64,000 bases of DNA from Bacteriovoracaceae bacterium (GCA_048270185.1 JBLWTJ010000001.1:32001-96000), one strand, 5' to 3'. Positions 48,914 through 58,709 are shown, numbered from the stretch's first letter. Program-made: numbers and translations. The notes: generated by a model not told the origin, from the sequence alone.

Positions 48914-50986
48914 TTAATTATTTAAAGTACTTAGAGTTAATATTTCTTTTGCGGCCTGTTGTCCAACAGAATTTCCACTACCTTGTAAAAATTGGGCCAG
49001 ATATTGGGCAAATTGCTTAAAGACTTGGTTATTAGCAGGGTCACCATTTGTCATGAGAATATTATTTACCTCATGTAATTGGCTCATTAAAATAGATTTA
49101 TTTGTTCCCTTATAGGCCTTCTCAACTGAGTCTACATGTTCAATTTTAATCTTTGGTTTGGCCATAAAGCTTAATCCCTCAAGCTCTTTTGCCGTCATAT
49201 TTCCTCCGTCATTGGTAAATTGCATAACAGCATCTTCACCAATATAGAGATAAACTTCTGTATCCTTCGACTTATAGTAAGAAGAGAATTTATTAAGGTT
49301 AATATATTGAGTGTATGGAAGCTTGAAATGATCAAAGACCTTCTTTGACTGAGTAATCGCAAGTAGATCCACATATCTTAAATTCTTCGTATCCTGTCCC
49401 TTAATAATTTCTCCGCCCCAGAGAATCTTTCCAAAATCCTCTCGAACAAGAAATGAACTTTTTTCATCTTTAAAGAAGCTCGCCAGATAAGGGTAGCGGT
49501 ACTTAAAGAATGGAATTGACTCAAAAGTCTTTTGAAATGTCTTAAAGAAATTTGATGTTGTATTACGAAGTAATAAAGTGTGTCCTGATTCTTTATTGAT
49601 AAAGAAATAAACTGGTCGAGTGCTAGGGATTCTAAGAGCAATTGTTTGCTGTGAAAATATCTTAGACATTATCACTTCATTAAATTTAACCGGTCTCTTT
49701 CCTAGCTCTTTAGGAATTTGAATTTGTTTTGGAGGATTCTTGTGAGTAAGGCTTTCTTGGATAATAGGATATCCAATTACTAAAGTAACAAAAATTGAAA
49801 GAGTGAAAATAGGGATAAATCTAAAGGCACGAATTCGATATGAAATGGCACCTCTTGTAATAAGCTCTTTAAGTGATGGTGTATCAAAAATCGTAGGTAT
49901 TTCAAAAAGAGGTATAAAGTGTGCAATGAAATCAAGTGGCGTTCTTAGAACGGCTTTAGCTCTCTTTGATAAGAAAGATCCCTTTGTTGTGGCCCCACAA
50001 ATAAATAATGTCGGAGAAACGCTAAAGAGTAGGTTTGAGATAAATAAGATGCCAAGTAGGATAACAAAGACTTTGGTAAATTCTGGGTTAATCGTAAACT
50101 CAGTATAATTAGCTAACTGCTCATTGATTTTTGAAGCAAGTTTTACACTTAATGATTCGAAGGCCGCAACTTCTACTTGTGCAGACACTAAGATCGTCAC
50201 AAAGAGCAGAGAGATAGCACTTATAAAACGAGTGAATGGGCCAACAAGGTTACTTCCATCTAGTCCTGTTTTCTTCTTCTTTTCTTGTTTCTTTTGGACT
50301 TTCTTCTTGGCATCACGTTTGGCCTTGTTTCCTTGGTAATCACGGGCCGCTCCTAGTTGAAAGTTTGGCTCCTTTTTCTTCTTTTCTGAAGCTTTCTTCT
50401 TAGAAGCCTTTTGGCGAGGTTGTTCAAGTTCTTGACTGACTTGCGCGACATTTAAAACCTGTGTGATGCTCATGCTGTCTTTTGGGTTTTCCTTTTCCTC
50501 TTGCTCTGGTTCATTTGTATCTTCGTTTCTATCATCAGATGCAATCTCAAAAGAAATGTCGTCATCATCTTCAGTTTCCACTTCTTCTACTTCTTTTATT
50601 TCAGGCTTCGCTTCTATTTCAGGCTTTTCTTCCACTTCTAGTATAAGTTCTTCAACTTCTTCAACTTGAACCTCTGGACTTGTTAGATCAATCGATTTCA
50701 ATTCGAAAGTTGTCTCTTGATATGAGAGCTTTTCTCCTACTTCCATGAAGTAAGTAGAACCTTCTTGAACAGGGGAGCCCTGAAGGCTTGCATGAGGAAT
50801 TTTTTGGATGACTTTTAAAACTAGACAATCTTGATCTTCTTCATCGATTTGGGCACGAATACTTCCACCGTTTTCAGAGATGATCAGATTCTTATTTTCT
50901 TCTTTAAAATAAAATTCTTTGCTATTAATATTTAACTCTTCTGTAGAGCCTGCATTGCTTTGGATAAAACCAACCTGCATAGTCAA
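48914..50986 (-). CDS. Membrane protein: FHA-like N-terminus, acidic/basic linker, RDD-like TM region
   Basis: Glu-rich then Lys-rich linker; VGPFTRFISA followed by TM helices; domain calls are by eye. Confidence 0.55.
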   Translation of the reverse strand: MTMQVGFIQSNAGSTEELNINSKEFYFKEENKNLIISENGGSIRAQIDEEDQDCLVLKVIQKIPHASLQGSPVQEGSTYFMEVGEKLSYQETTFELKSIDLTSPEVQVEEVEELILEVEEKPEIEAKPEIKEVEEVETEDDDDISFEIASDDRNEDTNEPEQEEKENPKDSMSITQVLNVAQVSQELEQPRQKASKKKASEKKKKEPNFQLGAARDYQGNKAKRDAKKKVQKKQEKKKKTGLDGSNLVGPFTRFISAISLLFVTILVSAQVEVAAFESLSVKLASKINEQLANYTEFTINPEFTKVFVILLGILFISNLLFSVSPTLFICGATTKGSFLSKRAKAVLRTPLDFIAHFIPLFEIPTIFDTPSLKELITRGAISYRIRAFRFIPIFTLSIFVTLVIGYPIIQESLTHKNPPKQIQIPKELGKRPVKFNEVIMSKIFSQQTIALRIPSTRPVYFFINKESGHTLLLRNTTSNFFKTFQKTFESIPFFKYRYPYLASFFKDEKSSFLVREDFGKILWGGEIIKGQDTKNLRYVDLLAITQSKKVFDHFKLPYTQYINLNKFSSYYKSKDTEVYLYIGEDAVMQFTNDGGNMTAKELEGLSFMAKPKIKIEHVDSVEKAYKGTNKSILMSQLHEVNNILMTNGDPANNQVFKQFAQYLAQFLQGSGNSVGQQAAKEILTLSTLNN

Positions 50987-51124
50987 CCTTTGTTAATTTT
51001 CAATTAAATCTATCTTTATTTTAAGGGGATTATATAAATTTTCCTACTAATTTTTAGAATAGACTTTGTGTTAATATTTATAAAGATAATAAAAGATTTT
51101 TTAACCACGGAAGGGGACATATTG

Positions 51125-52408
51125 ATGAAAAAATCATTTCTAATGAAGACAGCTCTTATGACGCTACTCACGGCGCCATTCGCATTTGGAGCAGATGCTG
51201 ATTACAATGTACAAGATCGTTTCAAACTTATGGAAGATAAGTTTAGAACTCAAGAATTTCTAAGAGAGCCAGGACATGACTTTCTCATTGATCTTTCTGT
51301 CTATGCTAACGCTGATATTATGGAAGTCGTTGGTGATGTATCTGATGCTGAAGATGAGAACGACGCGATTGAAGTTCTTAACGCCTATTCTGATACAGAA
51401 CAAAATATGCGTTTAAATGTTGAAATTGGAGTTCCTCTTCCATCATTTAATGCTTTCAAAGGTAAGATCAGCCCAAGTGTTCGTCTTGGTGTTAATGTTG
51501 GATCTCTTCTTGGTATTGGTGAAGAAGAAGTTTTACTAGAAACTTTCTATGCGGCCGTTCCTGGGGATGCTGAGTTGAAAAGTGTTCTAGAGTCAAAAGT
51601 TGATCAAACAGTATTAAATAATATTTTAGGTGGGACGGTCGGTTATCAAACTGTTACAGATCTTGCAGCAACACTAAGTTTATCGTCCGAAGAAGAAGCA
51701 GCTCTAAGAGATGCTATCGGTGGTGAAAATATTCCATTTGCAGGTTCAGGTAATAGTGCACCAGTCATTGATGCATACGTAAAGGCCGATGTAACTGCAG
51801 GACTTAATTTTGATTACAAGAATGAGAAGTACTTTGGTGGACTTTCTTTATACGGACTATATCGTGCGGATGTAAGACGAGTTCTTGATCAAAAAGTTAT
51901 CTCTGGAGACTCTGAAGTTATCGATAGTGAAAATCTTGATCAAAACCTTACTCTTTATGCAATGGCCGATCTTAACTTTGGCTTCCATTGGCTAAGTGAC
52001 TTTAGAACGTCATTTGCTCTGACTGATATCAAACTAGCAACAGTTGTTGATTCTGATGATGGATCGATTCCATATTATGAGCCAGAAATTGGTTACCGTA
52101 TGCACACAGATTATAGCTTCAATCTATCAAATATGAGACTTCGTCCTTTCGTAGGTTTCCATATGAGAGATGGTTATGACTTTTCTGAAGGTGTCTATGC
52201 CGGAACAGACCTAATGCTTCACGTTTGGAAGGAGAGATTAGCTATTACTCTTAGAGGTATGGTTGATTCAGAACACTTAACTCTAACTCCAAGATTTAGA
52301 TTAGGATTCATGGATTTCATGTATTCACTTAAGCAGCCGATGTCATCTGAGGTCAAAGGCGTGAAAGTTTCAACAATTCACTCTGTAAATTTCAGACTTC
52401 ACTTCTAA
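51125..52408 (+). CDS. Outer-membrane beta-barrel protein
   Basis: Signal peptide AFG|A after ATG 51125; C-terminal strands ending NFRLHF. Confidence 0.7.
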   Translation: MKKSFLMKTALMTLLTAPFAFGADADYNVQDRFKLMEDKFRTQEFLREPGHDFLIDLSVYANADIMEVVGDVSDAEDENDAIEVLNAYSDTEQNMRLNVEIGVPLPSFNAFKGKISPSVRLGVNVGSLLGIGEEEVLLETFYAAVPGDAELKSVLESKVDQTVLNNILGGTVGYQTVTDLAATLSLSSEEEAALRDAIGGENIPFAGSGNSAPVIDAYVKADVTAGLNFDYKNEKYFGGLSLYGLYRADVRRVLDQKVISGDSEVIDSENLDQNLTLYAMADLNFGFHWLSDFRTSFALTDIKLATVVDSDDGSIPYYEPEIGYRMHTDYSFNLSNMRLRPFVGFHMRDGYDFSEGVYAGTDLMLHVWKERLAITLRGMVDSEHLTLTPRFRLGFMDFMYSLKQPMSSEVKGVKVSTIHSVNFRLHF

Positions 52409-52433
52409 TTTAAGAAACATTGTGTTACAAATC

Positions 52434-52463
52434 GGGGGATCTAAAAGATCCCCCATTTTTTTT
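52434..52463 (+). terminator. Intrinsic terminator
   Basis: GGGGGATCT-aaa-AGATCCCCC then T-run. Confidence 0.85.
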
Positions 52464-52513
52464 CGCGTAGGTACCTATGCCGCGAGCGAAACGCCAGTTA
52501 AGGAGAGTACATA

Positions 52514-53791
52514 ATGGCAAAGAACACAAAAGAATTTGTTGATTTAATTGATATGAACCTATTTGAAGGGTTTTTAGCTGAAAATAAGCTAAAATCACCA
52601 ACTGATGTGCAAACTGAAGCAATTCCTGTCATCTTAGAAGGTAGTAACGTTCAGGTTCAGGCACAAACAGGGAGTGGGAAGACTCTAAGTTATCTTCTGC
52701 CACTCTTTCAAAAGTTAAAAGAGACTGAAGCTGACTTTAGCAACCAGAAGCCAGGTAGCCCAAGGGCCCTAATTCTTCTTCCAATTAAAGAACTTGCGAT
52801 TCAAGTAGGTGAAGAGTGTAAGAAGATCTCTCACCACGTAAAACTACGATCACGTGTTGCTCTAGGTGGTGAAAAAGGCAAGAAGGTAAGTTCACTTAAA
52901 ACTCAAAAATTTGATATTTTAATCGGAGGCCCTGGTCGTATTAAATCAATGATTGATAAGAAAGAAATCAAACTAGATGCTCTTGAATTTTTAATTATTG
53001 ATGAAGCTGACCAATTACTTGATATGGGATTTATGCGCGAGCTTAAATCAATTCGCCGAAGCCTGACAAGTCAATACCAAGCAGCTCTAGTCTCTGCAAC
53101 AATGGCCGAAGATTTCAACATGCTAAAAGCAGAATTCTTCTCTGGTATGGAGTTTAAATCGGTGAGCTTAATTGGTTCACACGGACTTTCTCAAACAATT
53201 GAAACTTTCAATATCGCCCTTGATTATACTGAAAAGAATGCAATGCTTAATGTCTTTATGAAGAAGGAAGCAAAGGGTAACGGTATAATCTTTGTTAACC
53301 AAAAAGAGAAAGCAGTCGAAGTTTATAACTATATGAAGCAAGAAAAGCTTGCTCGCAATCTCTACCTTTCTCATGGTGATATTTCTGCAAAAGAGCGTAG
53401 TGAGAATTTTAAAAACTTTAAGGCAACTGGTGGCGTTCTTATTACAACTGATATGGCCGCTCGAGGTATTGATATCAAAAGCCTTGTGTGGATTTTAAAT
53501 TATGACCTTCCATTTGAAGCTGTATACTATATCCACCGTTCGGGTCGTGTGGGACGAGCTGGAAGAAGTGGTAGTGTATATAATTTCGTAACAAAGAAAG
53601 ATCAGAAACTAATTGTTCAAATTAATGATGCCATTAAAAATCAAGATACTCTAAAGATTGATCCAATCTTTCTTAAAACTTCTGCCGGAAAAGGTAGTAA
53701 GAAGACAACTAAGAAGAAAGCACCTGCTCGTCGTGGAACGATGCCTAAAACTAAAAAGAGCGTAAATAAATCTCGCGGCCATCGCCGTTAA
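52514..53791 (+). CDS. DEAD-box RNA helicase
   Basis: PTDVQ, AQTGSGKT, DEAD, SAT, ARGID, HRSGRVGR; basic tail. Confidence 0.95.
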   Translation: MAKNTKEFVDLIDMNLFEGFLAENKLKSPTDVQTEAIPVILEGSNVQVQAQTGSGKTLSYLLPLFQKLKETEADFSNQKPGSPRALILLPIKELAIQVGEECKKISHHVKLRSRVALGGEKGKKVSSLKTQKFDILIGGPGRIKSMIDKKEIKLDALEFLIIDEADQLLDMGFMRELKSIRRSLTSQYQAALVSATMAEDFNMLKAEFFSGMEFKSVSLIGSHGLSQTIETFNIALDYTEKNAMLNVFMKKEAKGNGIIFVNQKEKAVEVYNYMKQEKLARNLYLSHGDISAKERSENFKNFKATGGVLITTDMAARGIDIKSLVWILNYDLPFEAVYYIHRSGRVGRAGRSGSVYNFVTKKDQKLIVQINDAIKNQDTLKIDPIFLKTSAGKGSKKTTKKKAPARRGTMPKTKKSVNKSRGHRR

Positions 53792-53807
53792 ATGATAAAA
53801 TGCTAAT

Positions 53808-54221
53808 ATGATTAATCGTATTAGCATTTTCTTCTTTCTTATTAGTGCACTTACATTCAGTTCTTGCTCTGAAAGTGATATTTATACACCACTTGAAATG
53901 TTTGATATGGCCTATAAATTCGATAATACAATCGAAGAGGTTAGAATTGGAGTTAATGAGAAAGATAGGCATATCGAATGCAGTGATTATCCAAAAGGGT
54001 GTATCGAAGGGTCTCCGAAACGATTTAAGATTCGTCTTGTTGAAATGATTGTCGTGCAATATTTAACGACACAAGAGGCATGTCTTGCGGCCGCTAAACT
54101 TAATCAATGGCATGCTCGTAATTGGCTTTTTGACGATGTGACAAATGAACCAGTCCTAGTAGACTTTGTTAAACAAGTCTATAAGGCCAAGAACCCTAAA
54201 TCAGTAAAAGAATGTGACTAG
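53808..54221 (+). CDS. Hypothetical lipoprotein
   Basis: Lipobox FSSC. Confidence 0.7.
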   Translation: MINRISIFFFLISALTFSSCSESDIYTPLEMFDMAYKFDNTIEEVRIGVNEKDRHIECSDYPKGCIEGSPKRFKIRLVEMIVVQYLTTQEACLAAAKLNQWHARNWLFDDVTNEPVLVDFVKQVYKAKNPKSVKECD

Positions 54222-54679
54222 GCCTTAAGCCATTCTTTTAATTCACGAAATATTCTAGTGGTCTCTTTATTAGAAAAGAAAGCGTCACTACTTGTGATAG
54301 TAATACTCTTACCATTATCAAGCTTAACCATTATTGTCTTATTTGCTGCAACTCCTGAGCCCATTGCCTTTAAAAGTTTTACATCTTGGATTTCATCAAG
54401 TCCAAATTGATCAATCTTCTTTCTTAGAATTGAGCGGGTAACAAGCCTGGCCGTGTTTCTGGGTTTATTCAGATCAAGGTGGCGATAATTGAAGAAGAGT
54501 ACAAAAGCTAATGGTGTAAAAAGAAAGATTAGAATATCTTTTGGCGCAATTGAGTGCTCTGTATTTATGTAAGCATATGAGCCGACAGCTATGAATAAAA
54601 CAATAATTAGAAGCATAGTGTGAGGGAAAGACTTTATCGTTATGGACTGAAAGTTTTTTTCAAATTTTAACATGATCAT
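54218..54679 (-). CDS. Hypothetical membrane protein (two TM + PH-like domain)
   Basis: Two hydrophobic helices followed by LDEIQDVKL strand pattern. Confidence 0.6.
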   Translation of the reverse strand: MIMLKFEKNFQSITIKSFPHTMLLIIVLFIAVGSYAYINTEHSIAPKDILIFLFTPLAFVLFFNYRHLDLNKPRNTARLVTRSILRKKIDQFGLDEIQDVKLLKAMGSGVAANKTIMVKLDNGKSITITSSDAFFSNKETTRIFRELKEWLKA

Positions 54680-54688
54680 TTCCTATCG

Positions 54689-55093
54689 TTATTTTTGAAA
54701 GAAGTAGCGATCAAATCCATTTTGAAAAGTGTCAATTTTTTTCTCCCAAGCAATGATAAAGTCTTTATCAAGATTTTGATTTTCTTTCAATACTTGTTTA
54801 AATAGCATTACCCAACGCCCTAATTCACCCTTTCTGATATTTAAGTACTCATGGGCAGAAAGTAGATTTGCGACACTTTTAGGAAATTTGATACCTAGTA
54901 ATTGTGCCTGCCAAAAAGCATTGATACTAATTAAATGTTGCTTAAAATCTTCGATATTAGAAACTGGACCAGTATGACCGGTTATTTTTCTGAAATGATA
55001 TCCGATGAAAACATCATTAATGGCCAGGGTATAGAAATCCCTAGTTATCTTCTCAATTATTTCCTTGTATTTCTCAACTTGTGCTTCAGTCAT
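54689..55093 (-). CDS. Truncated haemoglobin (group III-like)
   Basis: FY...D..IG.HF, HL..I.AFW, AH, RWVMLF. Confidence 0.75.
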   Translation of the reverse strand: MTEAQVEKYKEIIEKITRDFYTLAINDVFIGYHFRKITGHTGPVSNIEDFKQHLISINAFWQAQLLGIKFPKSVANLLSAHEYLNIRKGELGRWVMLFKQVLKENQNLDKDFIIAWEKKIDTFQNGFDRYFFQK

Positions 55094-55109
55094 GGATATA
55101 ATTCTACAC

Positions 55110-55136
55110 TAAATTTTACTCATTAAATACCGATGA
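55110..55136 (+). promoter_or_regulatory. Sigma28-like promoter
   Basis: TAAA-N15-ACCGATGA, 6 nt before ATG 55143. Confidence 0.65.
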
Positions 55137-55142
55137 ATTAGC

Positions 55143-55805
55143 ATGAGAAATTTATTAGGATTGTTGTTTATCGCATTAACTCAGTCATTTGCCTTTGGTG
55201 GACCTTTAACATCAATTGGTAATGATACTTGTTGGTACCGCGAAGGTGAGATGAAGACAAAGATCACATCATTTAATGATAATGTGGCACTCAATACAAC
55301 AAAAGATGAAGTTCTAGGTGAATTAGTTCAATATTTAAATAAGAGTAAATATACTCCGGAAAGAATCGATGCCATTCATACTTATGGCCTTTGTGGGCCT
55401 CGCCTAGCATTTGCTTTTCGAATTAATTACGACAAAATCGACTACTGTGTACGCGCTCAAATGACGGCAGATAAGAAATTCTCCTTTAGTGAAGTGGGGC
55501 TCTCTAATGGCCTTGGTGGTGCATGCGAGTTAATTAATTCTTCTAAGCTTATAGTCATTGCAAAACAAACTGATATGGCCCAATTAAAAGATTATTTAAA
55601 GAGTCGTGGACGAAACCTGGCCAAACTTGAGACGATCTCTCAAACCACTTTTATTTTTGAATTTAAAACTATTGGTGATGAGATTAAAGAAATTAAGAAA
55701 GAGATAGAGGAGTCAAAGCTTGCGCGCTCTGTGGATTTCTCGACTGGCCAATATCATATTGCAGATGAATTCGAACTTTTAAGTCTTAGTTATTTTAGAA
55801 AGTAA
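55143..55805 (+). CDS. Secreted hypothetical protein
   Basis: Signal peptide SFA/AFG; four Cys. Confidence 0.7.
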   Translation: MRNLLGLLFIALTQSFAFGGPLTSIGNDTCWYREGEMKTKITSFNDNVALNTTKDEVLGELVQYLNKSKYTPERIDAIHTYGLCGPRLAFAFRINYDKIDYCVRAQMTADKKFSFSEVGLSNGLGGACELINSSKLIVIAKQTDMAQLKDYLKSRGRNLAKLETISQTTFIFEFKTIGDEIKEIKKEIEESKLARSVDFSTGQYHIADEFELLSLSYFRK

Positions 55806-55874
55806 TTCCGAATTGTCCCATCTTGGGACTCTCTGGGTTGAATTGTATCAACTGCTCCTGCAGTTGCCGCAAAC

Positions 55875-55905
55875 AAAAAAAGCCGCTTTAAGAAGCGGCT
55901 TTTTT
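55875..55905. terminator. Bidirectional terminator
   Basis: A6-AGCCGCTT-taag-AAGCGGCT-T5. Confidence 0.85.
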
Positions 55906-55907
55906 AA

Positions 55908-56339
55908 TTATCTTTTTCCGATTTCAGCAATTGTTTTACCAAGAGATTTAGAACGTTTTAAATAAACATTTGTCTTCTCTTCGTGCTCAGCTTCTTCTTT
56001 ACATGCAATACAAAGTTCAGCTGTATTTCTTGCGATTAAGCGCTCGAATCCAATTTCGATATCACATTCATCACAAAGGCCATAATCACCTTTTTCAATT
56101 TTTTGAAGTGCTTTGTTAATTTTCTTAACTAGGAAGTTCTCACGGTTTCTAAAACGAATTTCCTGAGAAGTTTGCACATTAGCAACAGCTTCATCTAGTG
56201 GATCAAGAAGTTCATTCTTGTCCATACAATACTGTTCTTTTTCACTATTCTTGTTGAGGATTCTTTCTTTCTCAGCAAGTAGAGCATCTTTTAAAGTTGC
56301 GATCTGCTTGTCTGAAAGGTATGAGTTTGCTCTTTTCAT
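55908..56339 (-). CDS. dksA: DksA/TraR family RNA polymerase-binding protein
   Basis: DPLDEA (DxxDxA) coiled-coil tip; YGLCDEC...LCIAC zinc finger. Confidence 0.88.
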   Translation of the reverse strand: MKRANSYLSDKQIATLKDALLAEKERILNKNSEKEQYCMDKNELLDPLDEAVANVQTSQEIRFRNRENFLVKKINKALQKIEKGDYGLCDECDIEIGFERLIARNTAELCIACKEEAEHEEKTNVYLKRSKSLGKTIAEIGKR

Positions 56340-56341
56340 TT

Positions 56342-56412
56342 CGACTCCCTTGTGTCGCGTTTCTTCCAGTGAAACAAGTTGTTTGTAACTCGAATTGCTC
56401 CCTTAAGCAATT
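56342..56412 (-). promoter_or_regulatory. Three GGA-presenting hairpins in the dksA leader (CsrA-type sites?)
   Basis: AATTGCT-taaggg-AGCAATT, GTTTC-actggaa-GAAAC, CGAC-acaaggga-GTCG (last loop is the SD). Confidence 0.55.
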
Positions 56413-56539
56413 ATATTACGCACAACAAATATTGTGTTCGTGTGTTGTAGAAAGAATTTACTGGTCTTTAAAGTGTTAGTAAAAGGTAATTTTCTTACAA
56501 AGGATTACTTCAGAACGTAATATCAGTGAGTTATAGTCG

Positions 56540-56890
56540 TTATTTTGGAAACGATGCTTCACAATGGGGGCAAAACTTCCAAAATTGCTTGTCCACGCTA
56601 CTTTGACAGCCTGAACAAGTGATTGACTGGCTTAATTCTTCGAAAGCTTCATCATACATATTGGCAAATAAGTCTGCACGCATGGCCGCAATTGTTACTG
56701 GATGGGCACGAAAGGTTCCAGGGATGGTTTTATTTGGGATAAATTTAGCTGGTGTGACACTCTTATCTGGAAAAATTTGAACTTGTACTTCTTGAGAGGC
56801 GCTAGAAGTCTGATACATTGCTCGACCTGCAATATTTCTCTCATTCTTAAGTAATTCTAAATTTTCATTGGCATCAAAATTTCTCTTCAT
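56540..56890 (-). CDS. Zinc-ribbon domain protein
   Basis: CSGC...WKFCPHC. Confidence 0.75.
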   Translation of the reverse strand: MKRNFDANENLELLKNERNIAGRAMYQTSSASQEVQVQIFPDKSVTPAKFIPNKTIPGTFRAHPVTIAAMRADLFANMYDEAFEELSQSITCSGCQSSVDKQFWKFCPHCEASFPK

Positions 56891-56908
56891 ACCGTTAATT
56901 ATAGCAAA

Positions 56909-57439
56909 TTATTGCCAGCGACGTTCAAGAAGTTCAATAATTTCCACACATGCCTTCTTATGGTTATTAAAGCGCGCAAAGAAGCCTGGCTTGGCCTTTT
57001 GAAGATCACCCTTAAAGTAAATGGCCTGTGAGCCAAGAGATTCAATAAGTCTTAATGTCCACTCAAAGACTTCCGGATTTTCGTGTCCTATAAGTCCTTG
57101 GAGAGTTTCTAAGAAGTCAAATGGTAGTCTTTCTGAACGTTTATGGTGTTCATCAATAATTTGCTTTCGAGCAACACCTAACGTGAGTACAAGAACTTCT
57201 GTATTATGGCATTGATTAAGACAGTAAACGATTTCTGGGTAAATGATCTTATCAAGTGTGATTGTATTATCAAGTAAGCACAGTAGAGGAATGAGCTCTT
57301 GCCATTTTCCTTCTTCATTAATTGATGCAAAATGCTTTTTAAAATCTTGAAAGTCTTCCTTTGTATAAGTGCGATTAGGCCTCTTTCCAGCTTGAAGATC
57401 CTTAATGACGGCCTGAAAATGTTCATTTATATCAATCAT
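56909..57439 (-). CDS. Hypothetical helical (HEAT-like) protein
   Basis: 176-aa ORF, amphipathic helix pattern. Confidence 0.6.
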   Translation of the reverse strand: MIDINEHFQAVIKDLQAGKRPNRTYTKEDFQDFKKHFASINEEGKWQELIPLLCLLDNTITLDKIIYPEIVYCLNQCHNTEVLVLTLGVARKQIIDEHHKRSERLPFDFLETLQGLIGHENPEVFEWTLRLIESLGSQAIYFKGDLQKAKPGFFARFNNHKKACVEIIELLERRWQ

Positions 57440-57564
57440 ATCTATTTCCCATAGGTGAATTGGACGATTTTATGTGTAGCATTTACTCGATTTTATCATA
57501 AATATATGCCATTTTAAGGGCCTATGCTATATAAATACCTTTAAACACTGGTATATGAGAAACT

Positions 57565-58269
57565 ATGGAATTTTTAATCAATGACATTTACCGAGCAACA
57601 GAAGGAGAGGGAGTCTTTGTAGGACGCTCACAGGTCTTTGTACGCTTTCAAGGTTGTGCCATCGGTTGTCTCAATTGTGATTCCATGGATACTTGGGCCT
57701 TTGATGAGATCGCTCCAACGACTTTAGAAGATATATTTGAGAGGATTCTTGATCAAACATACCAGGGCAAGATTAATTGGATTTCTATTACAGGTGGAGA
57801 TCCTCTCCATCCAAAGCATGTTCCTAGCGTAACTGAGCTTACTAAATTCTTAAAGGCAAAGGGCTTTAAAGTTAATCTTGAAGCGGCCGGAACACGCGTT
57901 GTCGATGAGGTTTTCGAGCACCTTGATTATATCTCTTATGATCTTAAAACACCTTCGACTGGAGTTAGAACGAGACTATCTTTGATCGAAAAAATGGCCA
58001 ATAATTACGCTGATAAATTTCAAGTGAAGGCCGTCATCGCAGATCGCAAAGATTTTGATTATACTCTAAGTGCATATAATGAGTTAAAGCAAGTTCTAGG
58101 GGAGATTGAGTTCCCGTGGGTTTTAACTCCATGTTTTGAACCAAGCGAAGAATTTCCAATGCAAAGATTTATTGATATTCAGGAGTGGAATCAATTAGAA
58201 GGTGGGCCTTTTAGAGTAATTGGCCAGCAACATAAGTGGATCTTTGGAGCAGATAAGAAGTCAGTTTAG
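57565..58269 (+). CDS. queE: 7-carboxy-7-deazaguanine synthase (radical SAM)
   Basis: EGEG..GR..VFVRFQGCAIGCLNCDS, ITGGDP, QQHK. Confidence 0.85.
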   Translation: MEFLINDIYRATEGEGVFVGRSQVFVRFQGCAIGCLNCDSMDTWAFDEIAPTTLEDIFERILDQTYQGKINWISITGGDPLHPKHVPSVTELTKFLKAKGFKVNLEAAGTRVVDEVFEHLDYISYDLKTPSTGVRTRLSLIEKMANNYADKFQVKAVIADRKDFDYTLSAYNELKQVLGEIEFPWVLTPCFEPSEEFPMQRFIDIQEWNQLEGGPFRVIGQQHKWIFGADKKSV

Positions 58270-58655
58270 GCCGCGCGTTTGGTTACAGATAAAGCCTCCC
58301 TTTGCTTGGCCTCAAGCATATCAATTCCATATCTTTTAATCGTATCAAGCTTTGTGATTGTATAATCACTTGATTGCGCTTTTGTTTGATCTTCTGGAGA
58401 AAATTCATCACAAATGACAACAAGCTTTGTTCCTTGCGGGAGCTTCTTAAGTGCTATTTTGATAATACCCTGAACTTTACTTAGTGAGTTAGTGCAATAG
58501 ACAACATACTTCTTATCATCTTTTGCAACGCTAAAGTGCCATAGATTAGCTTTATTCTTAGATTCTTCCACGTGGTATTCATATGATTTAAAAACCATCG
58601 TACACTGAGTAATGAAACCCTTAATAATCTTTTTAGAATTTGCTATCTTTGCCAT
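58266..58655 (-). CDS. Hypothetical protein, possible degenerate restriction-endonuclease-like fold
   Basis: GGAG RBS; sigma28 promoter; alpha/beta pattern resembling Mrr_cat. Confidence 0.55.
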   Translation of the reverse strand: MAKIANSKKIIKGFITQCTMVFKSYEYHVEESKNKANLWHFSVAKDDKKYVVYCTNSLSKVQGIIKIALKKLPQGTKLVVICDEFSPEDQTKAQSSDYTITKLDTIKRYGIDMLEAKQREALSVTKRAA

Positions 58656-58682
58656 TAGATCTCCAACTTTTTACATCTTACC

Positions 58683-58709
58683 ATATCGGAATTTAGAGAA
58701 ATTCTTTTA
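58683..58709 (-). promoter_or_regulatory. Sigma28-like promoter
   Basis: TAAA-N15-TCCGATAT. Confidence 0.7.

Noticed and set aside
51125..52408. Conjugative element (TraF-like barrel)
   Set aside because: Resemblance is weak and no other tra, relaxase or T4SS genes are present
56359..56376. parS site
   Set aside because: Only the GTGAAACA half matches and the spacing is wrong; better explained as an RNA hairpin
47718..58269. Deazaguanine DNA-modification (dpd) cluster from tgt + queE
   Set aside because: tgt is a canonical tRNA enzyme, the genes are ~9 kb apart, and no dpdA-D-like genes are present
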